Origin: Camelus ferus
Lineage: Eukaryota
Reading direction: 5' to 3'
Assembly (NCBI RefSeq): GCF_009834535.1
Contig: NC_045696.1
Coordinates: 77,068,001 to 77,132,000 of the forward strand
DNA length: 64,000 nucleotides
The translations under genes and the position numbers were made by a program. A model generated the notes under the pieces. The model ran no database searches. It was given only the letters and a program-made list of their open reading frames with translations, and was not told the origin of the DNA. The first letter of the stretch is position 1. Each line of letters opens with the position of its first letter. Below, one piece after another: positions 1-13,325 of the stretch.

Positions 1-1489
1 TCACAGGATGGCAGAGCTGAAAGCAACCTGAACAGTTCTGTTCTGAGAGCCTCACTTTACAAAAGGAAACTCTCAGGGACATTGCCTGGTCCCCCCTGTA
101 AAGCAGCAGCAGCACTGCCACTGGTAGAACTCAGCTCCCTCAACCAGCCCCTGACAAAAAAAGAAGGGCATACAGTTCCCTTATAGCAGCAGTTTTCTAT
201 CTGTTCCCTTCTACCCCGTTAATATTTGAAAAGCAATCTTGTTTAAGAGGAATGCATGAACCTTTAGAGCAGCTTCGTGAGTTGGTATTTCTGGAGATTC
301 CTGGAGGCTCTCCTCATAGGAACGGCTGGTTCTAATAATGTTGTTGCTACTGTTGATCACCATGTGCTTGACACTATGCTAAGTGCTTTGTGAATCTAAT
401 TTCATTTAACCTTCGCAGCCATATTACAGGAATCTCATGAAGGTTAAGTTTTTCAGGAGATGCAATGTCAGATCTCATCAAATTCATTTCCAGCCTTTAC
501 CTTAGTATGCTAGAGAGGACCACGAAGGGATCATCATTACTTTTAAAGCATTGACCCCCGACTAATCATAACTGAGTCCAATAGACAGTGTCACAGGGAG
601 TGCTGCTTACTCCGTGGGGGCCAAGTGAGATTTCTAATGAGTTGTTCATGGGGGCTAGGCAGAAGGAGGGTTATTGTCTTAAACACAGCTACCACAGAAG
701 TTGCCTTGAAAGCAGCAGGTCCAGGCTACGGTGAACTGCGAACTGAGTCTTCAACCCTGTGCTAGGCACTTAATAAGGAGTGAGGCCATGGGTTTTTGTT
801 GAGGCCATGATACAGGTGGCTTACTTTCTGGGCCAGCGCATTGGAAACCTCATGAAATAGGTCTGTAGGCAAACCTTCAAATACCACCTCATCTTATTGA
901 GTTTCCATACACAGTGCTCATCACCCAAGTGCCACACAGTGCCCTGTATTAGGTGTTCTAGAAACTTAAATTTTCATGACAACTGCATTATTGCTATTTT
1001 ATACAGAAAAATGTTGAGGCTTAAAGAAGGCCCAATGCCAGGATGCTAGTAAATGACAGAGGTGGGACTTGCCGCTGGTGGGACGGGCTCCAGAGTGTGT
1101 TCTCTTTAGATCACACCAGAGCCAGCACAGCCTCCACCTCTTTTGAGCTCTGCCCCTGAACTGCCCTGTCCATACAGTTTGTTTGGAGTCTCCTGGACAT
1201 GACTTCAAGATTGAAAGAAAAACATTTAGGAATTCCACAACTGCTGGTGAAACTGACTTCCTGAGATTTCCCACCTGACTGATCTGTGACTGACATCCCT
1301 AGCCATACGAGTTATTTGGGTACTTCGTGGCCAGAGCGCTTATCAGCAGCTGCTGTCTGTAAAATGTATCAGGTAAGTGTTATCGCTGCGACAACACAGG
1401 AGTTCCACGCTGCTTTTAGAAACCCAGGCTTTGACAGAGCAAAAGATGGATGTTACCAGTTCAAATTGTTTTTCAACAATAATTCCTGC

Positions 1490-1521
1490 TAGTGACTAAT
1501 ATTGTAGTGACTAATATTGTA
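1490..1521. repeat. 15-bp tandem duplication (TAGTGACTAATATTG)x2
   Basis: Two perfect adjacent copies at 1490-1504 and 1505-1519. Confidence 0.9.
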
Positions 1522-1644
1522 ACTTGGATGCACCAATAGACTACTACTGTAGCTTAGAGTCATCTAATGGGTGCAAACAAGGATGTACAAAGCAAATACA
1601 GTGCAGATGGATCATTTTATATTTTTACAGAAACTGGTTTGGTT

Positions 1645-1790
1645 TCAGTCACTTATTTATTGTTTATTTAGAGCCTGCTATGTGCTGAGTGATGTGCTAG
1701 GTGCTAAATGGAAGGCAAACAATTATCAGGCATTGCTCTGTCTCTTAAGTTTATATCCTCGGTAGGGTAGGAACACCCAAACACACAAAC
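1645..1790 (-). mobile_element. L2 3' fragment
   Basis: TTTATTTAGAGCCTGCTATGTGCTGAGTGATGTGCTAGGTGCT resembles the reverse L2 3' end. Confidence 0.65.
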
Positions 1791-1834
1791 AACCATAGCT
1801 GTATGTGTGTCATCATTCAGCAAAATTTCCAAGG

Positions 1835-2020
1835 CACATATACATATATAATCCCATTCAATCTTCATAACAGCCCTACAAAGAAGGTATCACCTTCCCT
1901 AAGTTACAATGAAAACATAGAGACCAAGAGAGGTTGGGCAATACAGCTAAGATGTTTGAGAGCCAGAATTTGAACCTAAGTTTTCTGACTATAGGTCTGT
2001 GTACTTTCCACTATTCTGCT
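1835..2020 (-). mobile_element. MIR
   Basis: AATCTTCATAACAGCCCTACAAAG...GAGCCAGAATTTGAACCTAAG is the reverse MIR. Confidence 0.75.
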
Positions 2021-2819
2021 TTTAAAAATAATATGACTGTCAAGTGAGTGGTATAGAACTAAGTACTATAGAAGTTCAGAAAAGGGAGACATCCCTATAG
2101 GCCAGAAGAGTGGGTCTTGGGTGATGGGCAACACTAAAAACAGATGGAGAGGAAGAAGAAAGGTAACTTCCAAGGAGGAAACGTGAGGAGGATGTCAAAG
2201 AGGAACATGAATAAGGTGCATTCAGGGCAACAGACGAGCCAGACTGAAAGCGCAGACAGTTGTTGTCAAGCAGGAGTCCAGCACCGATGTTCACCCTCAA
2301 CAGGGATGTGGCCTTGGACCTATTTCTTGAGTTTGTTGGGCTGAGTTTGTTTGTTTGTTTGTTTTATGCAAAATGGGAGAATGAAGTTGTGCTTCTGTGA
2401 AATATAGTCTAGCTCTTGGATTCACGGTTCCTTAACTTGTCTATCAGTTATAACCCCTGCTCTAGGACTGAAAGTAGTTCTTAGTTTAGTTGATCTTAAG
2501 TGAGTACAACCCATAGTATCTGCTGCTTGTCAGTGACTTTGAAATGACACCATGTACTGTGTCCTTTAGTCACATCGTCCAGGTAGCAAAACTAGGATTG
2601 TCTCTGCTCTTACCATACTCACTGATCCAAACCAACCACTGTGAGCCTCTTTCTGGGCCATGTATAAACACAGTTCTGCCTACATGACTTTATTTCTACT
2701 TCTTAAAGTTGGATTAAGCAATGGACTGTTGAAAACGTTATACCAGATGACATGGTGGTTCATTTCCTTCATGGAAGATAGTGGCATAACAATGTTACAT
2801 AATCAAGAATTTCCAAAAA

Positions 2820-3485
2820 TATTCTTACCTCATCTGTTTGTATATTTGACAAATTCTTTTTGAATGCCTATGTCTCAAGCAATTTTCTAGGTTCTGGGGG
2901 AAAATATAGTGAGCAAAAATGGACAGTCATGGAACTTACCATTATTAGCAAAAGTAAATAACATCAAATATCACATGAAGGAGTCTGTTTGCAACAGTAA
3001 AAAGTGATAGGAGTTGTTGCATGAGGGTATTAACCTAAAAGAAAAGATTCCACTTAAGGAGGTCAGGGAAGGCTTCACTGAGATGTTCCTTGAACTGAAA
3101 CCTGAAAGGTGAGTGGGAGTTAATGAGGCAGCAGAGGAGGGAACAGTCCTCCATCCAGCGGAAACAGTATGTAAAGACCTAATGGCAGGAGACAGCCCAG
3201 CAGGTATATGGGGCACAGAGACCTGTGTAACTGGGGAGCAGGGAGCAAGGGGAAGGGTTATATAAGATGGGGTGGAGGGGTGGGTTTTACAGGACCTCAT
3301 AGCCTCTTGAGTGTTGTGTTTATCCCAAGGGGATGGAGGGCCACTGAAAATTTTTAGGCTGAAGGGTGAACTCTGTCATGCATTGCTGAGATTCACACCT
3401 TGGAGACAATCTCTCAGACAGCCTTGGAGAGAATGTAATGGAAGAGGGCAGAGTGGATGCAAGTAGGCCAGTTAGGAGGCTGTTA
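2820..3485 (-). mobile_element. L2 (L2a/b-like)
   Basis: GGTCAGGGAAGGCTTCACTGAG...GAACTGAAACCTGAAAGGTGAGTGGGAGTT...GCCAGTTAGGAGGCTGTT are typical reverse L2 motifs. Confidence 0.85.
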
Positions 3486-4859
3486 AGATAGAAATATTTT
3501 CACTGTTAAGTATTTTGCCTCAATTTTAACTGGAGACTGTTGGATCTTTAAAGGAAGTAATTATTTCCCAAACTGAACTTTTGTTTCAAGTCTCTGCCCT
3601 TGTCATCTCCCAAATATTTGTCCTCCTTTATTGGCTGGGTCTGCTGCCAGCTCCTGGACCATCTTGCTGTAAACAGCTAAAGTACTGTGCTACAGGGTAG
3701 TAATTGCAATGTAAGACCCAAATCCTTCCCTCCAGTCATAAACCAGACACGCATTTCTAACAGTCAGGCAACTGCAAAAAGTGTACTGAGGCACAGTTGA
3801 ACCAGGATTTTATATCTCCTTGAGGAACACATTGGCTTACCACACAGGCAATCTGCTGGTTAGCCTCGCAGCCAATTACTAAGACAACAGAAAATTGCAA
3901 ACCCGCTTAGCCAGTGAATTTGGCCGTGACATGTATACTTGGTAGTAAACTCTATTTCCAATTGTCTTCATACAAAGTAAACATATAACATTTGAAAATC
4001 ACCCTGTAGGGTGTATCTGGCATTTGTCAGATTTGTTCTGATGATACTGATGTTGCTGTATTAAAAACTTTAATTCTGTTGCTTAAATTAAACTTGATTA
4101 TCTTGAGTTGCCTTTTGCCTTGCCAGAAGAAACTGGGATTGGTCTATTTTTCCTCCAGTTTTTTCAGTGGTGTATTTAATGACAAGGAGAATGATCTATT
4201 CACTAGTTAAGTTAAAAACAAATATGTTCTTTCTACTTAGGTCACTGTAAAGGCTCACTTTAAAATTTCAAACTTGCATTGATATATAAGCCTTGATAGG
4301 AACCAGTGCCTGAGGCATGCTTGCTATGTAGGCAAACAAGGGTTTTCACAGTAGTAAAAACATGAAAATCAGCTGCTGTGTGCACTGCTTCATTCTAACT
4401 GGAAAACTCAACTAGAAAGAAAATGTTTTATGTTTGGTGAATACACAGGTTCTTTTTATCTGAACGTGGATTATCACACAAAAAATCCCGAAAACGAATT
4501 CACAAGAATAATTTGGCCACTCTCCTGAAGATGCCTCATCTCAGATGTTTATTAGTAAAGAGATTTACTAAACAGCGCTCTCTTTAACATGTTAAGAATC
4601 CAAACCACAGGTGTGCACATTTTAAGTTCCAGGAATCGTGGGACTTGGGGACATTGCGATTGAGAAAGTGCTATGTAGAAAAAGCTCTACATGTTTTCTC
4701 TCCTGTGGCTCACCCACAGCTGAAAGCTCTGGATGTTTCCTTATCACTTACTACTTACAGAATTGAAAGTTCTTAATGTGCTAAGATATTTCTTAAGCTC
4801 TTACTGCACTAGATCATAATCTTTTGTATAATGTACCTATTAACATATCATTATATTTT

Positions 4860-5435
4860 AATTTTTTGTTTCTGTAGCAAATTACTACTTAGTGGCTTAA
4901 AAGAGCATAAATTTATTATCTTATAATTGTGTAGATAACAACTCTTACTGCACTAAAAATCAAGGTGTAGACAGACAGGCTGCATCTCTTACCAGAGGTT
5001 CTTCCGGGGGTGAATCCTTACCCAGGCTTATTCAGGTCATTGGCAGAATTCAGGTCTTGTAGTTGTCAGACCACTTTTCCCGTTTTCTTGCGGGGTATAA
5101 GCTATGGACTCTTCCCTCCCATCTTCTAGAGACCACCACATATTGTGGTTCCTCGTCCTCTTCCTCCATCTTTGAAGCCAGCTATGGCAAGTCCAGTCCT
5201 TCTCATGTCTTATCTCTCTGACACACCCTTCTGCCTCTTTCCATCTTTAAGGATGATTAGACTGGACCCATTTAAATAATCCATGACCATCTCCCCATCT
5301 CTCCAAGTCAGCTGATTAGCACCTTAATTCCATCTGCAGTCTTAATTTCCTTTTGCCAGGCAGGGCAACACATACACAGGATTCAGATACGGTCGTCTTG
5401 GGAGTTGGGGACATTTTTCTACCTAATACACACTA
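4860..5435 (-). mobile_element. MaLR solo LTR (MLT1E-like)
   Basis: CTTAGTGGCTTAAAAGAGCATAAATTTATTATCT...GGCAGAATTCAGGTCTTGTAGTTG...AAGTCAGCTGATTAGCACCTTAATTCCATCTGCA are typical MLT1 motifs. Confidence 0.8.
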
Positions 5436-5759
5436 CAACTGCCTTTTTTTTTTAATGCCTTTGTTCATCCCTGAGGGAGAAAACTACGAACAGTTTATCT
5501 ATGCCTCTGTAGCACCTACAGTATAGTGTCTAGCTGTAAGCTATCATGCAAAACATGTTTAAATAATGAGTAAAGAATTAAGTCTTTAAGTCACTAGTTA
5601 CCATCCAGCAAAGAGTCTTACTTCTACTAATTAATGTGGTAGGTATGAAGATGCTTTGAAACAGAAATATTAGAGAAACATAATCATTATGTGGTGTTAT
5701 TTTTAATGTGTACTTGCTTATATTTGTTGTGTTGTTATATTTGGTGGCAAATATAACAT

Positions 5760-6030
5760 TTGTTCCCATTCCCTTCATCCTTGCTTGCTTCCACTGTAGA
5801 TTTTTAGATGGGTACTCACTTCCTCTGCCTGTCAGCTATGAAAAAAAAAGTGACTCAATTCTGGCCCATAAGTTTAGGCAGGCAACTGCTAGGGAAGATT
5901 CTGTGAAGGTTTTTGGTTTTTCTAAGAGGGACAGAGGGAATCAGCAACCCCAAATCTGAAGGGCAACAGAACAGAAGCTGAGTCCTTTGGCATCATGAAT
6001 TAATTACATCAGCACTTGTGACTGGCCATG
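5760..6030 (+). mobile_element. Degraded ERVL LTR (LTR16/LTR33-like)
   Basis: GTGACTCAATTCTGGCCCATAAG...CTGCTAGGGAAGATTCTGTGAAGGTTTT resembles the LTR16/33 core. Confidence 0.5.
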
Positions 6031-6158
6031 TCTAAACTTGGCATGTAAAAAAAGAAATCTGATTCATCTCTGTTGCCTGAAGCCAGTAGTATCTCTCTGA
6101 CATCAAACCTCATAATCTTGTGTATATATGTACTTCTACAGTGTACATCTTCTCTCTT

Positions 6159-6159
<1 letters not shown>

Positions 6160-6201
<42 letters not shown>
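6160..6201. repeat. (TG)n microsatellite
   Basis: About 20 TG units. Confidence 0.98.
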
Positions 6202-6204
<3 letters not shown>

Positions 6205-6561
6205 GTTGGCCCTTGGAATCCACAGGGGATTGTTTCCAGGACCGTCTCAGATACCAAAACTCATGGGTGCTCAAGACTTCGAGTCCCTTACATAAAATAG
6301 TACAGTGTTTAGAAATAACCCACAAACATCTTCCCTACATACTTTAACTCATCTCTAGATAACTTTTAATACCGAATACAATATAAGTACTGTGAAAATG
6401 GTGGTAAATACAATAGAAATGCTATGTAAATAGTTGCTGGTGTTTTGGAAATTCAAGTTTTGCTCTTGGGAACTTTCTGGGATTTTTTTTCCCAAATATT
6501 TTGAACGGCAGTTGGTTGAAATTGCAGATGTGGAAACTGTGGATACGGAGGGCCACCTGTA
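6201..6561 (+). mobile_element. MER2/MER2B Tigger-family MITE
   Basis: Terminal inverted repeats AGTTGGCCCT...AGGGCCACCTG flanked by TA; internal ATACTTTAACTCATCTCTAGATAACTT and GCTATGTAAATAGTTG. Confidence 0.85.
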
Positions 6562-7499
6562 GTGTCTGTATGAATACAGATACAGACTTACTGTGCATGC
6601 TTAGGCTGATTCTTCATCAGTTTCTCAGATACAAATTGACTCAAATTGAATAAAATACGGATTAACATACTTAAATTTGTGAATGAAAAAGAACTTGAAA
6701 CTTAGTGGAACTAGCCAAGTGAAAAAAAGAAATCTATCAAAACCCTATGGCCTTTGAAGAAAATCTTTGGAAGGGAATTTTAAAGGAGAGAATATTGTTC
6801 GATTATTTCTCTTCCAGTATTAAAAGTCAGGCAAGCCTTTTGTTACAAGGACTTCGTCCTTATTCTCTGGAACTAAAAGTGGAAAAACATTTATCTATTT
6901 ATCTTTGATCAAAAAGTCAGGACAATTCAGTAACTTTCTTCTTTTCTACACTGATTTAATTTCCTTGAGAAATCAATCCACTTGGGAAATTCTACTCTCA
7001 ATCTATAAAGAATGTTTTGGAGACTTAGGTCAGCTGGATTTAAAGAAGGGCCAAATGAATGAATAATTAAAATTTTTTTGTTTTACTTTTATTGATCAAA
7101 GTATCTAGAGATCAAAGCTTGAATCTGATATTTATTAATTTCGATAATAATAAAAATCTAAGGCTTCTGTGACATATACAGCTATCTGTACAATTTTGTA
7201 ACTTTTTTTCAGATAGAATGAAAGGATATAATTAACAATTCACTACATCTCTTCTGAAGTTTAAGCCTGGAATCTACTAATAGGATAAACTCTACATAGA
7301 ATTTTAGTCATGTTATGCTCAGTCATATGTACATGACTATAATATACATTAGTCATATGTATATATCATGTACACACATACCAGCAGCATCTAGCAAAGA
7401 AGACTCTGTAGAAGTCATCAAGCATGATTCATAGGAATAATCATGTTGTCATTGTACTTAAAGTCCACCAATACACTTGTTTTTTAGTGAGGATCAACA

Positions 7500-7730
7500 T
7501 CTGTTTGGTAGGTGTTAAGACACTGTGTCAGACATTTCATGTGCTTTAAGTCATGCTTTAATCTAACAGTTCTATGAAATAGGTGTTCTTATTGTGGTTA
7601 TTCCCATTTTGTGGATGAGGAAGCAGCCTGAGGAGTGGTTGATAATTTGCTCCTGATCACACAAGCAGGGGGAGAGCAAAGATTCAGATCCCCTCAGTCT
7701 GCCTGTAAAGATGGCTCTTAGTTGCTACTT
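7500..7730 (-). mobile_element. MIR
   Basis: TTATTCCCATTTTGTGGATGAGGAAGCAGCCTGAGG...TTTGCTCCTGATCACACA. Confidence 0.8.
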
Positions 7731-7909
7731 CTCAGTAGAAGACTGGAGACAGCTACACACACTGGGTTGAACTAGTCTAGCTCAGCCAGCCAGCAGACAC
7801 AGCATCTCATATCTCCAAAGGGCGCGCCGTCTCGGAGCACTGAGCCAGCCTTGGTATGGCGAGCCTTTAATGCCAAGCATATTGGAATATGCATTGTAAG
7901 TTTCGGTTG

Positions 7910-8076
7910 GAGGGGCTCACCATGAAGCTGGGGTGCTCATACTTCAGGTTCTCTCACTTGACCTGCACCTTTCAAGTTGCTGAACTTGATTTTGTGTTAG
8001 TCCTTTTGTGTTCTTTAACCGAAAGGAACTCCAAATTGTACAAGCTTCAGATCCCTAAAGACTGAGTGCACCTCTG
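7910..8076 (-). mobile_element. MER53-like hAT MITE
   Basis: CCAAATTGTACAAGCTTCAGATCCCTAAAGACTGAGTGCACCTCTG resembles the reverse MER53 terminus. Confidence 0.6.
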
Positions 8077-10949
8077 GATAAGGTGAACATATTGTTTGAT
8101 TTCAGGGAATCATTGAATAGTTTGAACTTTCTTTGGAAAACTTCAGGCCACTAAATACATTTGTCACAATCTCATCTAGTAATTATCAAATATTTTGTGT
8201 TTTCTCCTTAATCATAGGAGGCAAAGTAATTGGAATCCACATTATTAAACTGAAAAAGATGTCTGTTTTAGTACTAATCAGGCTTGACAACATTTTGTGT
8301 ATCCAATATGAGATGTAAATTGATATCAGTCATTTTTATACAAAAATGGCAGTGGTGCTAGATTCTGGTATTATTCTTACCTCTCCATGTTTATCTAAAT
8401 CCTTTAATCTTTCAACTTGAGAGGTAACAGGTGCATTTTAGTAGATGTTATGTCATACGTAATTCTTCCCCTTAAAAATTTAACTTTACAAAATGCTGGT
8501 GATACTTAGAAAAATAAATTGTTCTGTGTCCTTCAAACATAACATAGAGATCAAAACTTAAAAAGCACGATGAAAAGCTATACCAAGTAATTGATCTGGC
8601 TCTAAGTGCTACAAACTGTTTCAACTTTGAGAATAAGAGGTCTTTAGATGCTATCACCTATAATTAAGGACTCAAATGACTACCAATACAAACAGCATGG
8701 GTTTCAGGTGCACTCTTGAGAAGTAGTCACTACTGCATTGGATTTACCAAGACCACGTCTAACGTTTGGATATCAGTGGTGGCTTAAATCCAAATTGTTC
8801 CATTGGGAATCTTGGTAGGTGGGCAGGTAAATACAAATTTAAGGGCTTGCAATTTCAGGCAAAGACACTTGTTTGGATTCTTGGATTTGGGTATGAATAT
8901 TTAATTATATACTTACGTATTATAATTAAATAGTAGAGATTTGTGAATAAAATGTGGATCATCTATTTAGCATTAAAGTCAATGGAAACTTTTGCTCACA
9001 AAGAACAGATGACATAGGCACTGAAATTGGCTAGAATTTCTTAGGCATTTTCTCTGAGTCTTTATGCAAATCCAGTTAAGGGTAATTATAGCTGATATAG
9101 TTACTTCTCATAATACATTACCTGTACTTTTTCTGTAGCATTTATTACCAGTCTGTTTATTAGGTGTCTCCATATCAGGTTTTTCTCTCCCATGCCATTT
9201 TAAGATCTTCCAGACAGAGCTTGAATCTGAATGCTCCTTTTAGGTCCTTCATTGCACCTTGAATTGTTGGTTTTCAGTGGATTGCTCTTAAATAAATCAA
9301 CCTTCTGTTCAGCTTCGTGGGAGTAAAATTGAACAGACTTGCATTTGTGTATAGAGAACATGGAGCTGAATTCTTTCAGCAGGTAAAACAGTCACTGATA
9401 ATGAGATATGTACTTAGCACTGGTAAAATCTCCTGGTCACTAAACGTATTTAAGACCAAAGCATGGGAATGGTAAAGACTTAGACAGTGTACATATCTGT
9501 TCAATGAAACAAAGTAAACTGAGAGAAAAAGCATCCGTTTACCTGTACTGGTTCGTTCCTACGTTCATTTATTCATCATTCACTTGTTGCAAATTTGTGA
9601 GGCACCTGCTGTGTGCAAATGCTCTGAAAGGCACCAGAATCGGCATGTTGAATGACAAGTGCTCAAGGCTCTTAAGGAGACCGCAGCATGGGAGTCAGAT
9701 TTTCTACTAACACCCACAGTTTAGGAAAAAAGAAAAAGTTCTATCCAGGTGTTTGCTTACATTATGATAAAAATAAGTTTAAACATAGTTGAACGGCCTT
9801 CTGACTGAATGGACTAATTTGTCCGATTGTTAGTCTCTATATTGATAGACAAACATACACCCCCTCCCCAGGCTGAGACTAATCAGATTGTGATGGAGAT
9901 GATATTGGGCCACTTGACCCCTTGTAGTTCCCAGAAACAGCCATGAAAAACAGAGAGGCGCTTGGAATGCCACTCTAACACTTCAGATACAGGTAGGCTT
10001 GTTGTTATAGGCACAAGCCAGTTGGAACAACGAGTATGGCCAGAGTTGAATTTAAATTAACCTGACCGAGTTAATTTCACAGTTCTATTTACCCCTGTCC
10101 TAAAGGCCTCTTCTTACAGCAGAGTGGTTTGCATCTTGAGAAAGTCGTTCCATTCTCAGCCAGCTTTTAACATGTTGAAAGAAGAAATAAGAAGGAAATC
10201 GGGTTACATACTAAAATTTTTAATTAAAAATTAATATTTGTCAATATTTAATTAGTAACTTAATTAATTTACCAATATATTTCCTATTAATAATCCCAGT
10301 CTTAGCATCTCAGTAAGTTGGAATAAAGGGATCCTTAAAGAGCATCTAGTCCTGTGGTTTCCGTGCTGCAGCCTGTGGCTCTCAGGGGACTCTCAGGGTT
10401 GTGGTGTGACGTCTGCAGTTCCATGTAGACACCAGTCGCTTTCTTAATGTCTCACGTTCACTATTTCTCACTAGTTTTCAAACCAATTTAGATGCTATTT
10501 TGAATAGCGTCAAATGGAGTTATTTTAAAGTGTTCCTGAAATCTTAAGAGTGATTTGACAATACTTTCCTAATCATTAGAATGTGAAGGCTATTGGCAAT
10601 CCTGTGGAGAAGATAGTTTGTGAAAGTTTTAAAATATGAAAGGAGTAAATATCTGCACTATAGATCTGGCCAAATCTTCTCATTTTAGGAAGGTAGCAGG
10701 TAAGTGCCTTTTTCAAGGTCCCGGTGAAAGGTAGTGGCAGGTCCTGTATAGAGGGACCTGCGTTATTCTAGGTCTGTCTCATATAAATGCAATTGAGTAC
10801 CATTCTGAAAGGATTGTTATGCTCAGTTAAGCCTTTGAAACCTCAAGACTATGCTGAGACTTGGGGGATAAGGTCTGACCTTCCCTGGAGGTCATTCCTA
10901 GAGACAACAACCAGAAAGTATCTGGAAAAGTCATAGTAAAGTCTCTAGT

Positions 10950-11122
10950 ATAGAGTTTATCAATGTGTGACCCAAAGAACTGGCATTAAGGTCTCCTAGG
11001 ATATCTGTTAAATACAAATTTATAAGCACCACTCAGTCCTACTGAGTCAAACTTTCTGTAGATTCTCATTTTTACTTATCTCTCTAACAGTCCTTGTGAT
11101 CACTGAAGTTTGAGGACTGCTG
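10950..11122 (+). mobile_element. MER5A-like hAT-Charlie MITE
   Basis: CCTACTGAGTCAAACTTT...CACTGAAGTTTGAGGACTGCTG resembles the MER5A body and 3' TIR. Confidence 0.7.
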
Positions 11123-11173
11123 TGCTATTGGGTGAAAGAGAAGAGTTAAACTCACTCCCTCAGCTTCGACTTT
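11102..11173 (+). repeat. Left copy of a 72-bp direct repeat (putative long target-site duplication)
   Basis: ACTGAAGTTTGAGGACTGCTGTGCTATTGGGTGAAAGAGAAGAGTTAAACTCACTCCCTCAGCTTCGACTTT; 67/72 identical, ungapped, to 13865-13936. Confidence 0.95.
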
Positions 11174-13241
11174 TTAAAAGATTTTATTTTTTATTGAAGT
11201 GTGGTTGATTTATAATGTTAGTTTCAGGTATACAGCAAGGCGATTCACTTATACATACATATATATTTCATATTATTTTTCCATAGCTTATTACCAGATA
11301 TTGAATATATTTCCCTGTGCTATACAGTAGGTAGGTCCTTATTGTTTATCTATTTTATATATAGAAATATGTATCTGTTAATCCCCAACTCCTGATTTAT
11401 CCCTCCCCCACACATTCCCCTTTGGTAAACCACAGTTTGTTTTCTATGTGAGTATACTTCTGGTTTATCAATAAAATTTGTATCTTTTAAAAAAAATTTC
11501 ACATATAAGTGATATTATATGATATTAGTCTTTCTCTGATTTACCTCACTTAATGTGATAATCTCTAGGTCCATTCATGTTGCTGCAAGTGGTATTATTT
11601 CATTCTTTTTATGGCTGAGTAATATTCCATTATGTATGTGTTTACATATGTATATATACACATATGTATATACACACATGCACACACATACATACCACAT
11701 CTTCTTACCCAGTCATCTACTGATGGTCATTTAGGTTGTTTCCATGTCTTGGCTACTGCAGATAGTGCTGCTATGAACATTGGGGTGCATGTATCTTTTT
11801 GAGTTAGAGTTTTCTCTGGATATATGTCCAGGAGTGGGATTGTTGGATCATATGGCAACTCTGTTTTTAGTTTTTTAAGCAGCCTTCATACTGTCTTCTG
11901 TAGTGACTGCAACAATTTACATTCCCACCAACAGTGTAGGAGGGTTCCTTTTTCTGCACACCCTCTCTCGCATTTATTATTTGTAGACTTTTTAATCACG
12001 GCCATTCTGACTGGTATAAGATGATACCTCATTGTAGTTTTGATTTGCATTTCTCTAATAATCAGCGATATTGAGCATCTTTTCATGTGCCTGTTGGCCA
12101 TGTGGATATCTTCTTTGGAGAAATTTCTGTTTAGGTCTTCTGCCATTTGATTGGGTTGCTTGTTTTTTGTTTTTGTTTTTTTAATATTAAACTGTTTGAG
12201 CTGTTTGTATATTTTGGATATTAGTCCCTTGTGAGTTACATCATTTGCAAATATTTTTCCCATTCTGTAGGTTGTCTTTTTGTTTTGTTTATGGTTTCCT
12301 TTGCTGTGCAAAAGCTTTTAAGTTTAATTAGGTCCCATTTATTTGTTTTTGCTTTTGTTTCCTTTGGTTTAGGAGACATGCAAAAAATAAGGCTGCAATT
12401 TATGTCAAAGAGTATTCTATCTATGTTTTCTTCTTAGAGTTTTATAGTATCTTGTCTTCCATTTAGGTCTTTTAACTCAGTTTGAGTTTATTTTCGTATA
12501 TGGTGTTACAGAGTAGCTGTCCAGTTTTCCCAGCACCACTTTTTGAAGAAGCTGCCTTTTGTCCATTGTATATCCTTGCCCCCTTTGTTGTAGCTTAATT
12601 GATCATAAGTGTGTGGATTTATTTCTGGACTTTCTATCCTGTTCCATTGATCTGTGTGACTCTTTTTTTTGTGCCAGTACCGTACTGTTTTGATTACTGT
12701 AGCTTTATTGTATAGTCTGAAGTCAGGGAGTGTGATTCCCCCAGCATTGTTCTTCTCTCAAGATTGTTTTGCTATTTGGGGTCTTTTGTGTTTCCATACA
12801 AATTTTAACATTTTTTTGTTCCAGTTCTTTGAAAAATGTCATTGGTAATTTGATGGGGATTACATTGATTCTGCATATTACCTTGGATAGTATGGCCATT
12901 TTAACAATATTGATTCTTCCAATCCAAGAACACAGTACATCTTTCCATCTGTTTGTGTTGTCTTCAGTTTCTTTTATCAGTGTCTTAGTTTTTGGAGTAT
13001 GGGTCCTATGCCTCCTTAGGTAGGTTTATTCCTGAGTATTTTATTTTTTTGATGCGATGGTAAATGGGATTTTCCCCTTAATTTCTTTATCTGCTATTTC
13101 ATTATTAGTGTATAGAAATGCAGTTGATTTCTGTACATTAATTTTGTATCCTGAAACTTTACCACATTCATTGATGAGCTCTGGTAGTTTTCCGGTAGCA
13201 TCTTTAGGATTTTCTATATATAGTATCATGTCATCTGCAAA
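11174..13241 (-). mobile_element. LINE-1, 5'-truncated (ORF2 from the RT FADD motif to the C-terminus, 3'UTR, decayed poly(A)); frameshifted and dead
   Basis: ORF 13041..13289 contains [14 protein letters not shown]...GYKINVQKS (L1 RT). ORF 11886..12311 contains [17 protein letters not shown]...[11 protein letters not shown]...HCWWECKL (L1 ORF2 C-terminal Cys-rich region). T-rich tail at 11174-11192. Confidence 0.97.
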
Positions 13242-13325
13242 GTCAGTCTGTGAAGAGGATAATAAGACAGTAGACATTTTTCTCACCAAGCTTGGAGAAA
13301 AATTGATCTAGCCTTATCTTATTTT

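Noticed and set aside
6009..6347. Overlapping ORFs with HTHT/VCVC runs (also at 33516-33805)
   Set aside because: Artefacts of (TG)n microsatellites.
7821..7845. REST/RE1-like motif (also at 62848-62868)
   Set aside because: Only a half-site matches; several core mismatches or a gap are needed.
11886..13289. ORFs with reverse-transcriptase similarity as a functional gene
   Set aside because: Fragments of a 5'-truncated, frameshifted L1 ORF2.
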